Origin: Octopus vulgaris
Taxonomy: Eukaryota
Length of the DNA: 64,000 bases
Assembly (NCBI GenBank): GCA_951406725.2
Contig: OX597836.1
Span: 47,430,001-47,494,000, forward strand
Direction of reading: 5' to 3'
A program made the translations under genes and the position numbers. Below the pieces are notes generated by a model. That model was given only the letters and a program-made list of their open reading frames with translations. It did not search any database and was not told where the DNA came from. Of this stretch, positions 55,017 through 64,000 are shown piece after piece; position 1 is the stretch's first letter; every line of letters starts with the position of its first letter.

Positions 55017-55600
55017 TAAGGTGGCGAGCTGGCAGAATAGTTAGCACGCCGGGCGAAATGCTTTGCGGTATTTCGTCAGCTGCTATGTTCTGAGTTCAAA
55101 TTCCGCCGAGGTCGACTTTGCCTTTCATTCTTTCGGGGTCGATAAATTAAGTACCAGTTACACACTGGGGTCATTGTAATTGACTTAATCCCTTTGTCTG
55201 TCTTTGTCTGTCCCCTCTATGTTTAGCCCCTTGTGGGTAATAAAGAAATGAGAAACGTTAGCACGCGAGGCAGAATACTTGGCACAATTTTATTTGCTTT
55301 AAGTTCTGAGTTCTAATTCCACTGAGGCTGACTTTGCTTTTCCTCCTTTCAGGATTGGAAAAATAAGTACCAGTTGAACACTGAGGTTGATGTAATTGAC
55401 TGACCCTGAAATTGCTGGACTTGTGCTAAAATTTGAAACCAATATTTAATCTGGCTTTAAGGCAGCAAGCTGGCAGAATCATTAGGGATGCCAGGCAAAA
55501 TGCTTAGCAACATTTTGTCCAGCTTATATTCAGAGTTTAAATTCCCATAAAGTTGACTTTGCTTTTCAGAAACTTCTAGCCCTGGGCCTAAATTTGAAAT
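55017..55600 (+). mobile_element. Three tandem family B SINE copies
   Basis: Copies at ~55017, ~55255 and ~55459. Confidence 0.75.
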
Positions 55601-56269
55601 GAATATTTCTAACAAGTGTTGTATGTAGGAAATCCTATGCTTCTGACATGGATGTTTGTGTCATTGAGCTCTCTGAGAGAAATGCTTTGCAGTATTTAAT
55701 CTGGCATTTTGTGATCTGAGTTCACATCCTGTTGAGGGCAAGTTTGCCTGTAGGTGATGAGGAGGGGAGGGTTTCAATAACTAAATTTCCAGTCTAGAAT
55801 GGGGGTCAGCTGAAGATGTTAGAATACTGAACAAGATACCTCGTGGAATTTGTTCTAGTTCTTTGCATTCTGAGCTGAATCCCCATTATGGTGTAGGTGG
55901 CAGACTTAATCTGCCGCCAAGTTTAATGCCACCAACTTAGTCCTTGAGATCATCATCATCATTTAACGTCCGTTCTCCATGCTAGCATGGGTTGGACAGT
56001 TCGACCAGGGATCTGGAAAGCCAGGAGGCTGCACCAGGCTCCAGTCTGATCTGGCAGTGTTTCTACAGCTGGATGCCCTTCCTAACGCCAACCACTCCGA
56101 GAGTGTAGTGGGTGCTCTTTACGTTATAGATGTTATGGCAAAATCCATTCTGTTGTGAGACATTCAGGTTTGGTCAGAGAGAATTTTTTTTTTTATTCTT
56201 GGAATCCAAGACATGAAGGTCAGAGAGAAGGTCACTGATAACAAAATAGAAAAAGTTTCATATACTTAC

Positions 56270-56302
56270 TCTTTGGCCCCTTTAATATTGTCTACGACAC
56301 CA
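56270..56302 (-). CDS. TMCC: TMCC-family 33-nt exon (GVVDNIKGAK(E))
   Basis: Acceptor cttctttttcctttatag|T, donor AGA|gtaagt; phase 2/2, in frame with exon 40666-40745; parallels the GVVDSVKG upstream of VSKPRE in TMCCs. Not in the ORF track. Confidence 0.82.
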
Positions 56303-56729
56303 CTATAAAGGAAAAAGAAGAAAAAAAGCAATTATAAGATATTCAGGAAGAAAACCACTATCATCATCATCATCATAACAATCATCAACAACAGCAATAA
56401 TAAATAAAGTACCATAGAAACAACAACAACAGCCAATATAAACATACAGTTCACATTTTTTATATCATTTCATACTAATAATAAAGGTGACAGATTGCAG
56501 CCATCTGCAAGATGTTTGACATATGCATGCATACATAAACACATACACACACACACACGCACACACATATATAATGAAAACAAGTTTGTTCTCAGTCTGA
56601 AAAACAACGAAATAAATGTTTCAGCCATGAAACCCTGGGTAGCAGTAATTAACAAGACTTGTGTTTCTTATTATAACATTATCTTTGCTCTCTTAGCTGA
56701 CCAACCCCTATTCTACTTTACCACATCAT

Positions 56730-56785
<56 letters not shown>

Positions 56786-57579
56786 GATTTCACTTAGACT
56801 TAGTGATACTAATAACCTGATGTCAGAATCAATATACATATGCTTTGGAATAAAGCATTAGTGGAGCACTGAATATAATATGAAATTAAAGAAATGACAA
56901 GGGAACAGGAATTGCATAATCAACTTCATTAGCTTACAGTCGTTTCTGCTATATGATACAGTGTACTTACAACTGAGTGCTTGTGCATTATCTTAGAGTT
57001 TTTTCTTTGAAGCTTCTAAAATGAAATGCAAGTTTATTTGAAAAAGCCTTTATATAGATGGAAAAGAAGCCAGCCACCAGAGATATGTAAGCTTAGATAA
57101 TTTTGTATCAAGATGTAGAAAGAATGGCACAACCAAGAGAGAGCTGGAAGCACACTGTGACCAGCAATGTATAACAGCATCTGATGGTCTAGATTCTGTG
57201 GTACACACACACACACACACACACACACTGGTGTATAGTGAATCCTTATATAAATGACTATAGATAGTTGCATAAAAAAAAAGAAATAGATGGAAGATGT
57301 ATCCTTAAATCCTTAAAAATGTTTTAGCCCGAAGGCCGCGGCCATGCTGGGGCACCACCTGTATGCATGTCAAAACACATTTAAACATTGTACATATAAC
57401 TGACCGTAGGGTCCTAGACAGAAAAAACCAATTGGGGACTGATACAATATGAGATAACCTAAAATTTAGAGAGATGGGGGGGGGAGAAGAAGGAAATGGA
57501 GTGTTACAGTGATAAAACTGTTGAGGACTGGACAATAAACAGGCTAATGCAATAGCAAGCAAATACTTTATATACATAA

Positions 57580-57672
<93 letters not shown>

Positions 57673-57777
57673 TACCAGAGTAAACACATAAATCTGAAAC
57701 AAGGTGGAAAAAAAAGTACTCAAATACCATTGGTAGAGTAATATGGTTTATTTAAGCAGCAGAAAATTCAACAAAAC

Positions 57778-57815
57778 CTGTTACTCTGAGTTTCACGTTG
57801 CCGTTCATCGGACAG
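57778..57815 (-). ncRNA. Minimal type I hammerhead ribozyme motif in a palindromic Penelope-like remnant
   Basis: CUGU-CCGAUGA-ACG(GCAA)CGU-GAA-ACUC(A)GAGU-A-ACAG; all three stems pair; U4C core variant. Confidence 0.65.
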
Positions 57816-58399
57816 TTTTTTCTAGCAAAAACTGTCCGATGAACAGCAACGGAACAGAGTAACAGGTTTTGTTGAATTTTCTGCTGCTTTAAATAAAGTA
57901 TATATATATATACAAAGAAAATACATGTGTGTGTGTTCATACATTTACATGTATACACATATACATACACATATAAAGACATACATACTCACTCACATAT
58001 ACATATATATATATATGCAAACAGAAGGAAATCTATACATATGTACAAATACAATTACACATCTGCACACCCATACACACACAGACAGACAGGACACAGA
58101 CAAACATAGACAGCTACAGAGACACATGGACATACACACACACACACACACACATATACATATTTGTACATGTGTATATATATTTATATGTACTTATATA
58201 CATATAAACATATAAGTATATATTTATACACACACGTGTGTATGTTTATATGTTTATGTTTATATACATATATATATATATATGTGCATACATGCATGCA
58301 GACATTAATGGAGATAAAGAGAGTTAGTTTTGATATAAATTATATTTACATGGTGCACAAAAAAACCCCACAAAAAATGCATGGAATAAGATAAGAAAA

Positions 58400-60520
58400 T
58401 ATGTAATTTCATAACTCAGCAGCTGCTTCGGGAAACCCATAGTTATGGAATAACTACACTAACCATAAATTGCAGATGAAATATGCAAAGACTTATGTAA
58501 CTAGTAGCCAGTCACATGAAGATACAGTTAGTCCAGCTCCCCTCATCAAGAGAAGCTTGGCAAATGTGGTTCATATAGTAGAGCAAGCAGAAATAAACAG
58601 TTAAAGGAAGAGGGGAAGCAGAATGAGATGAGGGGTGAGGGAAGGAGGAGGAAGGACAACCTCTAGATCATAAGAAAGGGAGGATAGAACAGAAGAAAGG
58701 AGAGAAGGTAAAGTTAAAATCATCCTAGCAAAAGGAAGTGTGATGATTCATATAGTAGAGCAACTAAAGATAGAGTTAAGGAGACCATAAAATCAGTCAG
58801 AAATATCAACTAACCAGACAGAGAAGCAGGAAGAGATAAGCACTGAGGTAAAGTTGTAGGAGTGGGTGTAGCGGAGGAGGAAAGTAGGTTGTGAGAAAGA
58901 GAATAAGGAAATTTGGTACTTACATATTTGGATAAAAAGTTACAATTTCATCCACAATTAGGAGAAATTATAAAGACTTTTAATAATGAGCAAATGTGGA
59001 ATAAAACTTATGTGTACATGAAAAAATCACATCAGAAAAATCTATTGAGTAAGGAGGTATTATAATGTTTAACAATATATGGGGTACTCTCACTAACTAT
59101 GGACAAGGACAAGGTACAGATTATATCCTGGGACTTGTGATGTATATATCTAGCTAAGGGAGAGTTTAGAGGCTCCATTTGAAAATGAGCTCAGGTTAGC
59201 CTGGTAGTGCTACCTGAAATCAAATGTCCCCAATGTAGACCTTAGCCTGGTGGAAATGTGGAGTTATAACCAGACATTTATATGCCATGATATAGTGTAA
59301 GCAAAATCCATCTAATGGACATAATTGGGAAACCCAACTATTACAGGGTTTTATCATTACTGGTAGACTTATGTTTAATCTCCAGCCTATGCTGATTTAT
59401 AAAAGGGAGAACCACAAGTGCTATCAATTCCCATCTGGAGCTGAGAGGGGGCTTCACCGCAATCACAAGAGCTATGATTACATGAACCAGGAGTAACAAT
59501 GCTACCATCACTATTCTTAAGGGGGGTACGACCTATAAAGAACTGATCAGGCTTCCACCCTGACTGTAGTTAGAGTGCTCCATAGAGCCCACGATAAGGT
59601 AGCCATTAGCACCTATTGGAGGAGGTAATTATAGATCCCAATTCAGGGGTTATGGAGTATGAGATTTTTATAGATATATTAAAGGTGGGGTAATATTTAT
59701 TGTGGGATGGGAAATTAAAGCTAAGTATAGTGTAATATAACATGGGTAAAGATTTAACCTGGGAAGAGAATGAGGGTACAAACCATAAGATGTCCTATTT
59801 TCTGCCCTTGGAGGTTTTAGAATTCAGTGTAGTGATGGGCAGGCTAAGCTCGGGAGGCCAGAGATTATTCCACCTCTGGGTTGGTCAGAGTAGTGGATGT
59901 GTATTGATGAAAGGGGGATACTGCTAGTGGGTGGCATGATGTGGATTAGTAGGAGAAAACTTGGGGGCCAGAAATTCTATACCAGGAAAAAGGAGCTCAA
60001 ATTTAGTTTTGAATCTAGTATTTAGAATATATGAGATCCTCTCAAAGAAGTTGCTGTTTCAGGGTGAGAGTACTGGGGGCTGAGTATAATACAGGGTGGG
60101 ATTATTAAAGATATCTTTATTGGCTCATAGGTGAGAGATCCTAATAGAAATGCCAATAACTATGCTGATAAAGGAAAATTTAGGGTGATTTGAACAGACA
60201 CTGAAATATAATGACTCATTCGGCTCATGGTAAGGGTAATAGAAGTTAGCATCTAAGTTGAGATTCACATCTAAAATGTTAGCTATTTCAGTAATGTCTT
60301 TGAATGAGATAGATAGATTATCATTTTTTTAAAACTTGTGGAGGGCCTTCAGGATACAGTCAGAGGATAGCCAAGATGTACCTAAGGTTGAGAAAAGAAC
60401 ATCATCCCTGTATGAACCTCTGAACATATTAGGGAAGTACTAGTTTATTTGAGAGAGAAGAAAAGGACCAGTCAGGTCTGTAACCAGAGCAGATTCCAAG
60501 AAATCCATCATAATATCAAA
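58400..60520 (-). mobile_element. Heavily decayed Penelope-like retroelement
   Basis: Minus-strand YRDD at ~60400-60412, strong strand compositional skew, and a degenerate hammerhead-like motif near 58425. Confidence 0.5.
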
Positions 60521-60748
60521 AAGATCTATAGAGTAATTATGGGACCAATATTTGTTATTAAAAGACAGAAATGTTTTTCTCAGCTACATACACACACACA
60601 CACACATAAACAAGAAAGCATAGACTTGGTCACAGATTAAACAGAGGCAACAGGTCACAAAACAGACATTTCTGTCACTTCAGACAAACTAAAAAATCAT
60701 ATTCGTTGCTGGTAGGGACACCATATTTCCTTATACAACCATAATATA

Positions 60749-62001
60749 TTGGGTCATCCCATAAATAATGCAGTTTTTTTAATACTTCTTTTATTTTTCA
60801 AAATTAAGATAAACAAAGTTCTTTTTTAATCTAAATATATTATCCTTCATTTTCTACAATGCTCTTCCATATATTTGGTAGACTTGCAAGGCCCGTCTTC
60901 CAAAATTCACTTGTCCATGATGTAAAATATCCCTCAGTACTGTTCTGACCTCGTCTACATAATTCCTATCTTTTCCATCCAAATGATTTTGAAGACTGCG
61001 GAATAAATGATAATCAGATGGGGCAATGTCCTGCAAACAGGGTGGGTGGGGCATCATTTCTCATTCAAACTGCTCCAGCCTTTCGAATGTCATCCTCGTT
61101 GTATGTGGCTGAGCATTATCCTGATGGAGGAGCACCTTTCATCTTGAAACCAAAGATGGTCGTTATTCTTCTCGTGCTGACTTAAGCTGCTCACAGTAGA
61201 TCTTTGTTATCAGTTGGTTTGGGTTTAAAAGTTCAAAGTTTACTAAAACTTTCATATGCCACCAAAGAGATAACACCATACCAGGGTGAAGAACTTCTTT
61301 AGTCAAAGGTGCCAATGTTTCTCCTTTCCCTACCTACTGTCTTTGGTGCTTGACATTTTTATAGAGAACCCATTTCTCATCACCAGTCACTATTTGGTCC
61401 TAAAAAGGTTCATTCTTGAGACATGACACTAAAGAAGAGCACACATTCACTATCTACAAGCAATTAGACTGGGAAAGTTTGTGAGGAACCCATTGACCCA
61501 ATTTACTGACTTTTCTAATGGCATGCAGGTGTTGATGAATGGTTGAAAGACCAAATCCAAGCTTCTCTGCTAGTTCCTCAACAGTTACAATGGTATTTTA
61601 TACCACCAGAATTTGCAGGACATCCTCATCAAGCTCTACAGATCTACCAGAAAGAGGCTAGTCTTCTGGGCTGTAGTTTCTGGCTCAGAATTTCCAGAAC
61701 CAGCGTTAACACTGGCTTATGCCTATCGTCCGATCCCCATATGCTGCATTAATATTCTCGCACTTTCCGTTGTGTTTACTGAACTCATAAATCAAAATAT
61801 GCTGCTTTGCCACTTCCATTATAGCTTTGAAGAAATAACTGTTAAAATCGAACTGCACTCTTCAAAACCTGCACTATGAATAAAGACAAGGTAAAATTTC
61901 TACCTGCTTTTATAGCAAGTTGATGCAGGTAGTTTATGCCAACCCCACTGACTTTTAGTTCATGCAATTGAAAAAACTGCATTATTCATAGGATGACCCA
62001 A
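60749..62001 (-). mobile_element. Full-length (~1.25 kb) mariner fossil with TIRs and TA target duplication
   Basis: TA|ttgggtcatcccataaataatgcagtttttt...aaaaaactgcattattcataggatgacccaa|TA; WVPH and DIAPSDYHLFRSL motifs; ORF broken. Confidence 0.9.
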
Positions 62002-62064
62002 TACTACCAAGTATATGAAAGTTTTATATGTCAATACTGTGTCCCACCGTGTTAGCAGTGTTAT

Positions 62065-62285
62065 TACTCTTTTACTCTTTTACTTGTTTCAGTCATTTGA
62101 CTGTGGCCATGCTGGAGCACCGCCTTTAATCGAGCAACTCGACCCTGGGACTTATTATTTGTAAGCCGAGTACTTATTCTATCAGTCTCTTTTGCCAAAC
62201 CGCTAAGTAACGGGGACATAAGCACACCAGCATCGGTTGTCGAGCGATGCTAGGGGGACAAATACAGACACACAAACACACACAC

Positions 62286-62327
<42 letters not shown>

Positions 62328-62520
62328 GTATATGTATATATATATACATATATACGACGGGCTTCTTTCAGTTTCCGTCTACCAAATCCACTCACAAGGC
62401 TTTGGTCGGCCTGAGGCTATAGCAGAAGACACTTGCCCAAGATGTCACGCAGTGGGACTGAACCCGGAACCATGTGGTTGGTTAGCAAGCTACTTACCAC
62501 ACAGCCACTCCTGCCCCTAT
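62065..62520 (-). mobile_element. SINE (family A), full length
   Basis: Reverse complement of the 5271 copy. Confidence 0.88.
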
Positions 62521-62602
62521 TATTTAACTTTATGAAGTTATATCATCAGATTTCAGAAATGAATACATCTATGTAAACAATACAATCGACGATAGGAAAA
62601 CA

Positions 62603-62648
62603 GGTGTAGATGCATATTTCAGGAGTTATTTGCTCCTTCTTCAGCACC
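62603..62648 (-). ncRNA. Minimal type I hammerhead ribozyme motif
   Basis: GGUG-CUGAAGA-AGGAG(CAAAUAA)CUCCU-GAA-AUAUGCAUCU-A-CACC; palindromic stem III with one mismatch. Confidence 0.6.
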
Positions 62649-62651
62649 ACA

Positions 62652-63309
62652 TTAACCCTTTAGTGTTTGCATTATTCTGCCAAAATTAATGCTTTTTTTA
62701 TCCACATAGCTTTGAACTATAGGCACAGGAGTGGCTGTGTGGTAAGTAGCTTGCTAACCAACCAACCACATGGTTCCGGGTTCAGTCCCACTGCGTGGCA
62801 TCTTGGGCTAGTGTCTTCTGCTATAGCCTCAGGCCGACCAATGCCTTGTGAGTGGATTTGGTAGACGGAAACTGAAAGAAACCTGTCGTATATATGTATA
62901 TATATATGTGTGTGTATGTGTTTGTGTGTGTCTGTGTTTGTCCCCCCAGCATTGCTTGACAACCGATGCTGGTGTGTTTACATCCCCATCACTTAGCGGT
63001 TCGGCAAAAGAGACTGATAGAATAAGCACTGGGCTTACAAAAGAATAAGTCCTGGGGTCGAGTTGCTCAATTAAAGGCGGGGCTCCAGCATGGTCGCAAT
63101 CAAATGACTGAAACAAGTAAAAGAGTAAAGAGTATAGTTTTGAATTAATCATGAATTATCTTGTGGCTATGAGATTTTGATGATGTAGCTGTTAATTTTT
63201 AAAACGATATTGTAGGGCTGGTGTAAGAGACCAGATCTGGCCAGTTTGAACATAAAACAGGCAGAATACTTTTGGCCGGATATGGCAGGTTTAAATGCTA
63301 AAGGGTTAA
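62652..63309. mobile_element. MITE D interrupted by a plus-strand family A SINE (62720-63133)
   Basis: ttaacccttt...aaagggttaa termini; atag(c/t)tttgaa occurs on both sides of the SINE. Confidence 0.82.
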
Positions 63310-63514
63310 ACCCATTAACCATCCATGAATACATTGCCAAAAAAAGTTGCTAAATTTAGTGATGTAACACAACTGGATGCACCGATTTTACATATTGAAC
63401 ACATTTCTGGCAACAGGAACATACATGTTAATTGCTGATGGGGTCAACTGTACTTCGTTCTGCAACCGTAATATACCACTAAATACATTTAAGACTTTTT
63501 AAGTCAATACTGTA

Positions 63515-63891
63515 CCCTGTTGGAAGCACTCTGTTGGTTCCGACGACGAGGGTTCCGGTTGATCCGATCAACAGAACAGCCTGCTCGTGAAATTAACGTG
63601 TAAGTGGTTGAGCACTCCACAGACACGTGTATCCTTAACGTAGTTCTCGGGGATATTCAGCGTGACACAGAGAGTGACAAGGCCGGCCCTTTGAAATACA
63701 GGTACAACAGAAACAGGAAGTAAGAGTGAGAGAAAGTTGTGGTGAAAGAGTACAGCAGGGATCACCACCATCCCCTGCCAGAGCCTCATGGAGCTTTAGG
63801 TGTTTTCGCTCAATAAACACTCACAACGCCCAATCTGGGAATCGAAACCGCGAGTCCGCTGCCCTGACCACTGGGCCATTGCGCCTCCACA
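63515..63891 (-). mobile_element. Another tRNA-derived SINE-like family
   Basis: Minus-strand head ggcgcaatggcccagtggtcagggc...ggtttcgattccc (A/B boxes); single copy in the window. Confidence 0.55.
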
Positions 63892-64000
63892 CTGTGCCCT
63901 ACCATGTTACTTGATCATACATCATGTTTACTGTGCCCAGACATCTGCCACACACAAACACCACCACCTCTGCTAATCTTCTTTTGATACAGTTGCACCT

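Overview
AT-rich, repeat-dense animal genomic DNA. The SINE/MITE/microsatellite content suggests an octopod cephalopod (inference, not a database result). The whole window lies inside one large minus-strand gene of the TMCC (transmembrane and coiled-coil domain, Tmemb_cc2) family. I could assemble five phase-compatible GT-AG exons (56270-56302, 40666-40745, 19083-19146, 8190-8466, 4074-4205); I found neither gene end in the window. The introns hold tRNA-derived SINEs, TTAA-flanked MITEs, Helitron pieces, decayed RTE, R4/Dong-like and Penelope retroelements, and two mariner fossils. The most striking feature is a ~2.26 kb, 33-bp minisatellite (5955-8213) whose unit straddles a TMCC exon/intron junction. 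It copies the 5' splice site AAG|GTAAGA about 69 times. The first 31 donors are in frame, each adding VRSIDEFDPYK; a 5-bp slip then creates a stop, so all distal donors would be non-productive. Also notable: a candidate symmetric cassette exon with two in-frame donors, a possible recursive splice site or 21-nt microexon, and several minimal type I hammerhead motifs in the pre-mRNA sense orientation.
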